The notes under the pieces were generated by a model that ran no database searches, was not told the DNA's origin, and saw nothing but the letters and a program-made list of their open reading frames with translations. Shown here in pieces: positions 44,284-51,902 of a stretch of DNA of 64,000 nt. Location of the stretch: the sequence record KY555145.1. One strand, given 5' to 3'. The position numbers were made by a program, and so were the translations under genes. How positions within the stretch are numbered: the stretch's first letter is position 1; every line of letters starts with the position of its first letter.

Positions 44284-44525
44284 GGCTCGACCTTCCGGAC
44301 AGTGTAGGAGAATTCGTCGTGGACGCGACCGTCGAAACTAGCCTCGTAGCCGGGGCCGAGTTCGGCCAGGATGCGCGCCTCGATCTCGGCGAAGTCGATT
44401 TTCGCCATCGCCTGTTCGGCCGCCCGCATCTGCTGGAGGAAGCCGTCCTTGATCTGGCGCCCCGCCTCGGTGCGGATCGGGATGTTCTGGATCGGCGGCT
44501 CGGATTTCGACAGACGCTCGCCCAT
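44280..44525 (-). CDS. 81-aa protein with DNA polymerase A motif A- and C-like peptides
   Basis: IDFAEIEARILAEL and RVHDEF; TGATG and ATGA overlaps. Confidence 0.65.
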   Translation of the reverse strand: MGERLSKSEPPIQNIPIRTEAGRQIKDGFLQQMRAAEQAMAKIDFAEIEARILAELGPGYEASFDGRVHDEFSYTVRKVEP

Positions 44526-45073
44526 CAGGCCCTCCGGCGATAGACCCGCACCGGGCGGGTGGGGAGGCGTTTCTCAGGCGGCTTGTAGGCGACCAGGGCA
44601 TGGCTGATGCAGTAGACGCCTGCCTCGGCGCGGCATCCGCAATGGCCAAAGTCCGGCGAGTTCGGGTCGCCATAGGGCCAGCGGCACATTCCGCGCTTGA
44701 GTTCGGCCGTCGCGAACAGCCGCGCCGGGCGCGGCGGGATGACCGCCGTCCCTTCAGGGACCAGGGCGAGCTTAGGCTTGGCCGGCGGAGCGGGCTTTTC
44801 GACCTTCTTGGGCTTACGCGCCGTGGCCTTCTTGACCTTGCGGACCTGGATGCCCAGGCCGCGCGTCTTCTTGCGGCGGGCGGTCGGAGGCGGAACCTTC
44901 TCGCCCAGTTCGCCGGCGGCCTTCAGTCGGTCGGCCTTACCGCAGACGGCGCTCTTGGTGCGCGGCACGCTCAGGCGCTGACCGATCTCCTTGGTCCCGA
45001 CCGGCTCCGCCCAGAGCTTCTTGAGCAGGGCGATATCCTCGTCCGGCCAGTCGGAATTCCGCTTCTTCACCAC
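44525..45073 (-). CDS. gcrA: GcrA cell-cycle regulator homolog
   Basis: W.DE.I..LKKLW.E......I...L..TKSAV.GKA.RL; L...MCRWP.GDP....F..CG......YC..H...AY. Confidence 0.9.
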   Translation of the reverse strand: MVKKRNSDWPDEDIALLKKLWAEPVGTKEIGQRLSVPRTKSAVCGKADRLKAAGELGEKVPPPTARRKKTRGLGIQVRKVKKATARKPKKVEKPAPPAKPKLALVPEGTAVIPPRPARLFATAELKRGMCRWPYGDPNSPDFGHCGCRAEAGVYCISHALVAYKPPEKRLPTRPVRVYRRRA

Positions 45074-45080
45074 GCTTGCA

Positions 45081-45260
45081 CTACTCCTTGATCTCGACGC
45101 TCTTGGGCGGATTGGGATGAGGAACGAAGACCAGGGCCACGTCCTGACCGCCGGTATAGCGCGTGCGCCGACTGTAGAGCCAGCCGCCTTCCACCGCCAA
45201 CCGCTCGGTCACCTGACCATCGGCTTCGTCGATCTTTTCCCACTTGGACTTCTTAGCCAT
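45081..45260 (-). CDS. 59-aa hypothetical protein (MAKKSKWEKI...)
   Basis: GAGGGG RBS; paralogous to 53660-53956; below ORF-track cutoff. Confidence 0.7.
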   Translation of the reverse strand: MAKKSKWEKIDEADGQVTERLAVEGGWLYSRRTRYTGGQDVALVFVPHPNPPKSVEIKE

Positions 45261-45274
45261 CTTCCCCTCGAATT

Positions 45275-45380
45275 TGGCGGCACCCTAGAGGAGCGTTCGA
45301 GTGTTGACAAGCACCAATGTCGCTGGCTTTCGAGTGTTGACAAGTCCGGTGCTCGTCTATAGGGAGATCGGGACGACAAC
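45275..45380. promoter_or_regulatory. divergent control region with two GAGTGTTGACAAG direct repeats and a leader box
   Basis: repeat cores at 45301 and 45334; leftward TTGTCA-N17-TAGGGT; rightward TTGACA-N17-TAGGGA; GACGACAAC at 45372. Confidence 0.75.
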
Positions 45381-45394
45381 GAAAGGAGCCCGCC

Positions 45395-45703
45395 ATGCGC
45401 TATGTGCTCGACTATGCCGACGACCGGGACAAGCCGGTCTACACCGACTTCCAGGCCGGCGACCGCAAGGCGGCCATCGCCAAGGCCAAGCGCCTGCTCG
45501 CCAAGGCGATCAAGACCGTCGATTTCTCGCTCCATGGGGCCTACATCTTCGTCGATCCGACGGGCGTCGCCCGCGACGTCGACGACATGATCCCGTTCGG
45601 CATGCTGAGCACGATGGCCTACGCCAGCATCATCACCCCGTCGATGATCTCGTTCGACGACCGCGACGCCAAGGCGGCGATCGCCGCGAGGCTCGCCCAA
45701 TGA
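45395..45703 (+). CDS. hypothetical protein (gene A of duplicated block)
   Basis: AAGGAG RBS. Confidence 0.7.
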   Translation: MRYVLDYADDRDKPVYTDFQAGDRKAAIAKAKRLLAKAIKTVDFSLHGAYIFVDPTGVARDVDDMIPFGMLSTMAYASIITPSMISFDDRDAKAAIAARLAQ

Positions 45704-45912
45704 TGGATCGTCAGGACGTCAAGCCCGGCTTCATCTATCGCGGCGGCAAGAACGGTGCCCTTCGGCAGGTCGTGAGCTACGGCGCCACGCCTGACTACGT
45801 CTGCTGGGCCAATCCGCATGATCGCTTGCCCTATGGCGGCTTCATGTCCACCACCTGCACCTCCAAGGCGTCCTTCGCCCGCTGGGCCGACAAGATCGAG
45901 GAAGAGGTCTGA
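45700..45912 (+). CDS. hypothetical protein B
   Basis: MMDRQDVKPG...; paralog at 46618. Confidence 0.7.
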   Translation: MMDRQDVKPGFIYRGGKNGALRQVVSYGATPDYVCWANPHDRLPYGGFMSTTCTSKASFARWADKIEEEV

Positions 45913-46184
45913 TGAACACCTTTTTCCTCCGGCAGACCAAACGGGACGAGCAGGGCCGGCGCTACTTCGAGTTCGTCGATCCTGACCTGACCCAGCGCCT
46001 CTATGTCCGCAAGCCGCCGGACGACTGGTCCGAGGGCTTCCCGATCGTCCTGGAGGACTTCGTCGACGGCAAGCCCGCCGGCTCCATCATCTGCCCGGCC
46101 GGGAAGAAGCGGGGGCACGGCTTCGCGGCCTTCTTCAAGGCCAACCCCAAGGATTTCCGCAAGCTCAAGAAAGGTCGCCTATGA
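45912..46184 (+). CDS. hypothetical protein C
   Basis: protein identical to 47108-47380. Confidence 0.75.
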   Translation: MNTFFLRQTKRDEQGRRYFEFVDPDLTQRLYVRKPPDDWSEGFPIVLEDFVDGKPAGSIICPAGKKRGHGFAAFFKANPKDFRKLKKGRL

Positions 46185-46447
46185 GGATTCCCCAGCCCGT
46201 CGAGTTCACCGTGGCCGACCTCATCGCCCACCTTGCGACCCTGCCCCAGGACGCCAAGGTCGGCGTGCGCGGCGGGTTCGGGGGGTTCGGGGGCTTCCGG
46301 CCGCTCGACGAGATCGCCCCGATCGAACTCGTCACCTTCTACGGCGAGACCGACGTCGACCGCATGACGCTGGCGACCGCCGACCCCATCGCCATCAACT
46401 GGAAGGGCAAGCGCGGCGAGCCCTTCACGGCCATCATTCTCGACTAG
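46181..46447 (+). CDS. hypothetical protein D (GGF x3)
   Basis: paralog at 47377 has GGF x2. Confidence 0.75.
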   Translation: MRIPQPVEFTVADLIAHLATLPQDAKVGVRGGFGGFGGFRPLDEIAPIELVTFYGETDVDRMTLATADPIAINWKGKRGEPFTAIILD

Positions 46448-46455
46448 GAGGACCC

Positions 46456-46621
46456 ATGACCAACCGTGTCTGGATTGAACTCGAACCGTCGCGACGTCGA
46501 CGACATGATCCCGTTCGGCATGCTGAGCACGATGGCCTACGCCAGCATCGTCACCCCGTCGATGATCTCGTTCGACGACCGCGACGCCAAGGCCGCGATC
46601 GCCGCGAGGCTCGCCCAATGA
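46456..46621 (+). pseudogene. junction: 5' fragment of gene E fused out of frame to 3' fragment of gene A
   Basis: MTNRVWIELEPS then switches at 46490/46491 to sequence matching 45573 onward. Confidence 0.8.
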
Positions 46622-46830
46622 TGGATCGTCAGGACATCCAGCCCGGCTTCATCTATCGCGGCGGCAAGAACGGAACCCTGCGTCAGATCGTGAGCTATGG
46701 GGCGACCGAGGATTTCGTCTGCTGGGCCAATCCCCACGACCGCCTGCCCTACGGCGGCTTCATCTCCACCATCTGCACGTCCAGGACGTCGTTCGCCCGC
46801 TGGGCCGACAAGATCGAGGAAGAGGTCTGA
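46618..46830 (+). CDS. hypothetical protein B' (diverged paralog)
   Basis: MMDRQDIQPG... Confidence 0.7.
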   Translation: MMDRQDIQPGFIYRGGKNGTLRQIVSYGATEDFVCWANPHDRLPYGGFISTICTSRTSFARWADKIEEEV

Positions 46831-47111
46831 TGCTGTACAGCATGATCACGGGCGACTCTCCCGAAGACGAATTCGCCGACTATGAGTTCGCCAACGGGAC
46901 CCAGGTCCACAATTCTCAAGCCGAGGACGATGGAACCTTCCGTCGCATGATCACCACGCCCAAGGGGATCAACGTCACCTTCTGGAACGTGATGCCCGTC
47001 GAGATCGTGGGCGAGGTCGCGGCCGAACTCGATCGGGTCGCGGCGGTCAACTTCGAGCAGGGCAAGCGTGCGAAGGCAGGTGAAATCATTCGCGTGTTGG
47101 GGCTCGGATGA
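46830..47111 (+). CDS. hypothetical protein X, unique to copy 2
   Basis: TGATG and ATGA overlaps on both sides. Confidence 0.7.
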   Translation: MLYSMITGDSPEDEFADYEFANGTQVHNSQAEDDGTFRRMITTPKGINVTFWNVMPVEIVGEVAAELDRVAAVNFEQGKRAKAGEIIRVLGLG

Positions 47112-47380
47112 ACACCTTCTTCCTTCGGCAGACCAAACGGGACGAGCAGGGTCGACGCTACTTTGAGTTCGTCGATCCTGACCTGACCCAGCGCCTCTAT
47201 GTCCGCAAGCCGCCGGACGACTGGTCCGAGGGCTTCCCGATCGTCCTGGAGGACTTCGTCGATGGCAAGCCCGCCGGCTCCATCATCTGCCCGGCCGGGA
47301 AGAAGCGGGGGCATGGCTTCGCGGCCTTCTTCAAGGCCAACCCTAAGGATTTCCGCAAGCTCAAGAAAGGTCGCCTATGA
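47108..47380 (+). CDS. hypothetical protein C'
   Basis: same protein as 45912; synonymous differences. Confidence 0.75.
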   Translation: MNTFFLRQTKRDEQGRRYFEFVDPDLTQRLYVRKPPDDWSEGFPIVLEDFVDGKPAGSIICPAGKKRGHGFAAFFKANPKDFRKLKKGRL

Positions 47381-47634
47381 GGATTCCCCAGCCCGTCGAG
47401 TTCACCGTGGCCGACCTCATCGCCCACCTTGCGACCCTGCCCCAGGACGCCAAGGTCGGCGTGCGCGGCGGGTTCGGGGGCTTCCGGCCGCTCGACGAGA
47501 TCGCCCCGATCGAACTCGTCACCTTCTACGGCGAGACCGACGTCGACCGCATGACGCTGGCGACCGCCGACCCCATCGCCATCAACTGGAAGGGCAAGCG
47601 CGGCGAGCCCTTCACGGCCATCATTCTCGACTAG
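47377..47634 (+). CDS. hypothetical protein D'
   Basis: paralog of 46181. Confidence 0.75.
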   Translation: MRIPQPVEFTVADLIAHLATLPQDAKVGVRGGFGGFRPLDEIAPIELVTFYGETDVDRMTLATADPIAINWKGKRGEPFTAIILD

Positions 47635-47642
47635 GAGGACCC

Positions 47643-47882
47643 ATGACCAACCGTGTCTGGATTGAACTCGAACCGTCCGCGTCCGAGGGCCACGCCCGCG
47701 CCGCCGCCGCGTCGGCCATGCTGAAGCGCCTGGGTGTCGACGTCGGCGTCCACAAGCCGGTGTTCTGGCACGAGCGCAATGAGCGCTACTGCTTCACGCT
47801 CGACGCCTCGGGCGTCTACGTCGAGGCCGAGGACCACGGCCACTGGTACAACCTCGATTTCCTGGCGGGCGCCGATGTCTGA
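47643..47882 (+). CDS. hypothetical protein E (intact)
   Basis: AGGAGG RBS. Confidence 0.7.
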   Translation: MTNRVWIELEPSASEGHARAAAASAMLKRLGVDVGVHKPVFWHERNERYCFTLDASGVYVEAEDHGHWYNLDFLAGADV

Positions 47883-48270
47883 GGTCTTCCCGCCGATCCG
47901 CCCCCGCGAGGCCAGGGACGAGGAAATCCACGGCTTCGTCGTCCGCTACGGCTGGTTCTGGAACGTGACCCTGCTGAACGGCACGATCCTGGCCTTCGAT
48001 CCCGACGATGTCGACCCCTGCCGCTACGGCGTGACGGGCAAGGACGACTTCCGCAACCTCGCCGGCGCGCCCGAGACGATCGCGGCCTACGAGTGCGTCC
48101 AGGGCTGGCACGCCAAGGCCAAGCACCTCTCGGGCTGGACCGAACGTCACGACGACCGGCTCGAAGCCCTGCGGACGGCTTATCGCCGCCTGGAGGAGCA
48201 GCGCGAGCGCAATAGCCGCGCCCTGGAGGAGCACGGCGGCATCTTCAAGTTTCTGGAAGGTCAGGACTGA
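47875..48270 (+). CDS. hypothetical protein
   Basis: operon ORF. Confidence 0.65.
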   Translation: MSEVFPPIRPREARDEEIHGFVVRYGWFWNVTLLNGTILAFDPDDVDPCRYGVTGKDDFRNLAGAPETIAAYECVQGWHAKAKHLSGWTERHDDRLEALRTAYRRLEEQRERNSRALEEHGGIFKFLEGQD

Positions 48271-48512
48271 TGCAGAGGACCCTCCATTCGACTGGCCAGG
48301 AACTCTCGGTCAAGTTCAAGTTCCCCAGTGAAAACCTGACCTTGACCGTGCATGCCGAACAGGACAGCCCGATGGCGTTCCTCTGGGTCGAAGGCCGCTC
48401 GGTCGACTATTTCGAGAAGCTCCTGAGCTTCGAGCCGGCCGATCTCGATCTCTTGATCGCCACCCTGTCCGAGGCGCGCAAGATGATCCGCGAGCGCGAG
48501 CCGCAGGACTGA
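48270..48512 (+). CDS. hypothetical protein
   Basis: TGATG overlap. Confidence 0.6.
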   Translation: MQRTLHSTGQELSVKFKFPSENLTLTVHAEQDSPMAFLWVEGRSVDYFEKLLSFEPADLDLLIATLSEARKMIREREPQD

Positions 48513-48513
48513 C

Positions 48514-48768
48514 ATGCTGACCAAGGACGAGATCACCTTCGCGGGCCTGATCAAGGCCATGGAGGACGCCCGACGCACCGCCAAGGCGGCGGGCGATCTC
48601 GTCAGCACGGCCGAGATCGACCGCTGGTTCAAGGAACACGCGCCGATCATCCGGGAGGTCCGCGACAAGGCCGAGGCCGACGAATTCGACGCTGGCGCGA
48701 GAGTGTTGACAACCTCTGAGGAAGGGACTAAAGACACCCTCGACGACAGCGAAAGGAGCCTGCCTTGA
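48514..48768 (+). CDS. hypothetical protein
   Basis: operon ORF. Confidence 0.6.
   Translation: MLTKDEITFAGLIKAMEDARRTAKAAGDLVSTAEIDRWFKEHAPIIREVRDKAEADEFDAGARVLTTSEEGTKDTLDDSERSLP
48703..48750 (+). promoter_or_regulatory. repeated-family promoter with variant box (GACGACAGC)
   Basis: GTGTTGACA-N17-TAAAGA...GACGACAGC-GAAAGGAG. Confidence 0.8.
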
Positions 48769-49784
48769 CCGACTTCCCGATCATCCGCGCCGCCATCTCG
48801 CCCCGCCGGGCCGCCCAGTTCGACGCCGCCCTGGCGAACGTGAAGGCCTTCACCGAGGAAGGCGTCCTGATCAAGGCCGAGTGGAACGACATCAAGGACA
48901 CGTTCAGCCGCGCGATCGCCGAGACCTGGGACGCGTTCAAGGACAAGGAATACTACCCCCGCGCCCGCCAGGGCGAGCACGAGAACGTCGGCAAGCTCTA
49001 CTGGGAGCTTCTGAGCCCCTACCCCCATGTCCTGGCCGGCTATCTGAAGAAGGCCCAGAACGCCAAGAACATCGAGCCGGCGATCCTGCGCGATTTCCCG
49101 ATCGCCTTCTTCACCGAGGCCCTGCCGCTCAACGACATGCTGGTCGCCCTGAAGCCGCTGATCGGCAAGCGCGCGCCGAAGAAGACCAAGGTCCAGATCG
49201 AGCGCGAGGGCAAGGAGCGGACCTGTCAGGTCTGCGGTCGCGGCATCCTGGCCGAGAACGGCCGGATCGCCCACCACGGCTATCAGCGCCCCGGCATGGG
49301 CTATCAGACCCCCTCGTGCAGCGGCGCCCTGGAACTGCCCTTCGAGATCAGCCGCGACGCCTTGGGCGCCGACATCGAGAACCTGAAGGCCTACCGCGCC
49401 CGCCGCCAGACCTATCGCTCCGACGTCAACCTGGAACTGGTCAGCCTGCCGGTCAAGTATCAGGTCTCCGAGCAGGACCCGCGCCGCGCGCCGGGCTTCA
49501 AGCACGTGGTCGACAAGATGATCCACGTCACCCGCGCCGACTGGGACGCCCAGAAGGCCGAAACCCCCGAGGCCTTCGCCGGCAAGTACGGGCCGCGCAA
49601 GCCCAACTACACCTACGAGCCCTTCACCTTCGACGCCCTGAAGACCCAGGTCCTGGGCATGGTCGACGGCGAGATCGAGTTCATCACCGGCACGATCCGG
49701 GCGCAGCAGAAGCGCTATGACGACTGGAAGCAGACGATGGAGTTCGTCGACGGCCAGTATCGGATGCTGGAGGTCGCGGCTTGA
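48765..49784 (+). CDS. hypothetical protein with Cys/His cluster
   Basis: TCQVCGR...IAHHGYQRPG.G.QT.SC.G; TTG start. Confidence 0.75.
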   Translation: MTDFPIIRAAISPRRAAQFDAALANVKAFTEEGVLIKAEWNDIKDTFSRAIAETWDAFKDKEYYPRARQGEHENVGKLYWELLSPYPHVLAGYLKKAQNAKNIEPAILRDFPIAFFTEALPLNDMLVALKPLIGKRAPKKTKVQIEREGKERTCQVCGRGILAENGRIAHHGYQRPGMGYQTPSCSGALELPFEISRDALGADIENLKAYRARRQTYRSDVNLELVSLPVKYQVSEQDPRRAPGFKHVVDKMIHVTRADWDAQKAETPEAFAGKYGPRKPNYTYEPFTFDALKTQVLGMVDGEIEFITGTIRAQQKRYDDWKQTMEFVDGQYRMLEVAA

Positions 49785-49969
49785 CTATCACTGCCCACGC
49801 AGAATCCGTCCTGGCGCTCCAGGCGCAGGCCGCCGACACCCTCAATCGGGTGATCGGAGAGCGCAACGCCGCCACGGGCGCGAAGAAAACGCGCCTGCGC
49901 CGCCTGACCCTGATCCTTGAAGACGTGATGGGCGCCTGCAACGACGCCGTGGAGGAGATGCGCCGGTGA
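49781..49969 (+). CDS. hypothetical protein
   Basis: TTGA overlap. Confidence 0.55.
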   Translation: MTITAHAESVLALQAQAADTLNRVIGERNAATGAKKTRLRRLTLILEDVMGACNDAVEEMRR

Positions 49970-50361
49970 TCTTCAGTTCCAAAACCCAGCCCCACTGCCG
50001 CTGCTGCGCCAAGCCGATCAAGAAGCACACTCGCCGCCACTATTTCGGCTCCAGGGAAGCCAAGGACAACGGCTGGTCGCTCGACCGGATCGAGACCCCG
50101 ATGTCGGAGGACGAACTGCGCCGGCTGGTGAACGGTCATATCGTCTCGTTCGCCTGGAGCCACGACGTCACCTACGACGCCAACTACAAGGCCGTGCGGA
50201 AGAAGACCCACATCGCCTGGGCCAACGTCTGGGACGGAGAGACCTACGAGGACGGCTATTTCTGCACCCTGCGATGCGCCGCCGCGTTCGGGAGCATGGT
50301 GGCCGAGCACTATCCCGATATCCACACCCAGGCCTATGCCGACTTCAAGGGCAAGCGATGA
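49966..50361 (+). CDS. Zn-binding hypothetical protein
   Basis: HCRCCAK ... YFCTLRCA. Confidence 0.65.
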   Translation: MIFSSKTQPHCRCCAKPIKKHTRRHYFGSREAKDNGWSLDRIETPMSEDELRRLVNGHIVSFAWSHDVTYDANYKAVRKKTHIAWANVWDGETYEDGYFCTLRCAAAFGSMVAEHYPDIHTQAYADFKGKR

Positions 50362-51080
50362 ACGACGAGATCAAGAGAACCCACGAGGCCTACGGGACCA
50401 TCGGCTATAGCCACACCCAGGGCGACACCGATCTGGTCGGCGTCGACTACGCCCAGGGCCACTATGTGACCCTGACGATCAAGACGGCCGTCGCCTATGA
50501 GGGCGAGACCCATGACCGCTTCCACGGCGACAAGTACATCTGCAAGGTGGCGATGAGCGAGGTCCAGTGGGCCGCCTTCATCGCCAATCCGAACCGGGGC
50601 GACGGCGTGCCTTGCACCTTGCAGTTCTATCGCGATCCGCTGACCGGCGAGACCAAGCACCCAAAGTATCATCGCGAGCAAATGACCCGCGTCGAGCGCA
50701 CCCGCGAGGCCGTCACCGCCCGCGCCAAGGCCCTGTCGACCAAGGTCAAGGAGGCCCAGGCCGAGCTTCAGAGGTTGATGGACGGCGGCCCGATCAAGAA
50801 GGGTGATCTGAAGACGCTCAAGGACCTGCTCTACTTCGCCAACCAGGACATGGAGTCGAACCTCGGCTACTTCGTCGAGCGGGTGGAAGAGACCATCGAC
50901 AAGGCGGTGGTCGACGCCAAGGCCCAAGTCGACGCCCATCTCGACTTCGTGGTTCGCGAACTGGGGGTGCGGGCTCTGGGCGCGCGGCTCCAGGAGGCCA
51001 TCGACGCGGGGCATGATCCTGGCTCCGTGGGGCAGGCCCTGATCGGGCTCGTGGCGCCGCCGGAGGCAGACCCGACGTGA
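50358..51080 (+). CDS. conserved phage hypothetical protein
   Basis: V.MSEVQWA.FI.NPN.GDGVPCTL. Confidence 0.75.
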   Translation: MNDEIKRTHEAYGTIGYSHTQGDTDLVGVDYAQGHYVTLTIKTAVAYEGETHDRFHGDKYICKVAMSEVQWAAFIANPNRGDGVPCTLQFYRDPLTGETKHPKYHREQMTRVERTREAVTARAKALSTKVKEAQAELQRLMDGGPIKKGDLKTLKDLLYFANQDMESNLGYFVERVEETIDKAVVDAKAQVDAHLDFVVRELGVRALGARLQEAIDAGHDPGSVGQALIGLVAPPEADPT

Positions 51081-51322
51081 GCCGCCGGTTCCTCAACCGC
51101 TGGGCCGAGGCGGTCGACGGCTCGCCCCAGTCCAAGCCCTTCCGGACCAAGGGCCTGTCGTTCGCCCATGCCCGCAGGACGGCGCGGGAGACCCAAGGGG
51201 TCGTCGCCGTCGAACACCAAGAACCCGTCAGCGACGGCTCGCCCAACTGGGCGGTGATCGAGCGCTGGGAATTCTATCCCGACGGCCGTGAGCGCCGCAC
51301 CCTCAAGCTGGAGACCGTCTGA
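51077..51322 (+). CDS. hypothetical protein
   Basis: GTGA overlap. Confidence 0.6.
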   Translation: MSRRFLNRWAEAVDGSPQSKPFRTKGLSFAHARRTARETQGVVAVEHQEPVSDGSPNWAVIERWEFYPDGRERRTLKLETV

Positions 51323-51323
51323 C

Positions 51324-51821
51324 ATGACCCGCAGCACCGCCGACATCATCGCCCGCATCAAGGTCCTGGAGGAGGACCCCACCGACTTCTTCGGCTTCCA
51401 GGCCAATGATCTGGTCTGCTACCTGCCGTTCGAGGCCGCCAAGCCTTGGCTGAATGAAAACGCAACGCCCGAGGTCTGGACGCCCAACGTCAACACTCCC
51501 GAGGCGATCAAGCAGGTCATCCTCGACTACATGGAGTTCGCCTGGGATAAGGCCAACAACCGGCGCGGCCTGTCGGCCGGGCGCTCCCTCGACCACATGA
51601 AGGCGTGGCTCTGGATGCTGGACGAGGACGCGGCCTGGGTCGCGGCCCTGAAGCTCTCCGACTACACCCACTACGGCAAGCCGCAGCTTCGCGCGATCTG
51701 CAAGCGTTTCGGCTGGGACTGGACCGCCTGGGACGACGGCGCCTGGGGCAACAGCGAACACCGCGAAATCGACGTCAGGCCCGAGGACGTCCCCGAGGTC
51801 GGGATCGTCGAGACGGCCTGA
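51324..51821 (+). CDS. conserved phage hypothetical protein
   Basis: YMEFAWDKANN.RGLSA.RS..H...WLW...Y..YGKPQL. Confidence 0.75.
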   Translation: MTRSTADIIARIKVLEEDPTDFFGFQANDLVCYLPFEAAKPWLNENATPEVWTPNVNTPEAIKQVILDYMEFAWDKANNRRGLSAGRSLDHMKAWLWMLDEDAAWVAALKLSDYTHYGKPQLRAICKRFGWDWTAWDDGAWGNSEHREIDVRPEDVPEVGIVETA

Positions 51822-51840
51822 GTCCTTTCCTGGCGCGAAA

Positions 51841-51889
51841 GTGTTGACAAGGCCCTCGGACCTCCTCTATACCCACGCTCGACGACAAC
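51841..51889 (+). promoter_or_regulatory. repeated-family promoter with GACGACAAC box
   Basis: GTGTTGACA-N18-TATACC...GACGACAAC-GAGAGGAG. Confidence 0.85.
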
Positions 51890-51902
51890 GAGAGGAGTTC
51901 CC

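Larger units (their letters stand above)
45573..46490 (+). repeat. tandem duplication, copy 1
   Basis: homologous to 46491-47677. Confidence 0.9.
46491..47677 (+). repeat. tandem duplication, copy 2 (diverged, with an extra gene)
   Basis: homologous to 45573-46490 plus ~280 bp insertion. Confidence 0.9.

Noticed and set aside
44280-44525. Calling the 81-aa ORF a DNA polymerase fragment of a split gene
   Set aside because: No adjacent frames carry the remaining polymerase motifs; the neighbours are unrelated intact ORFs
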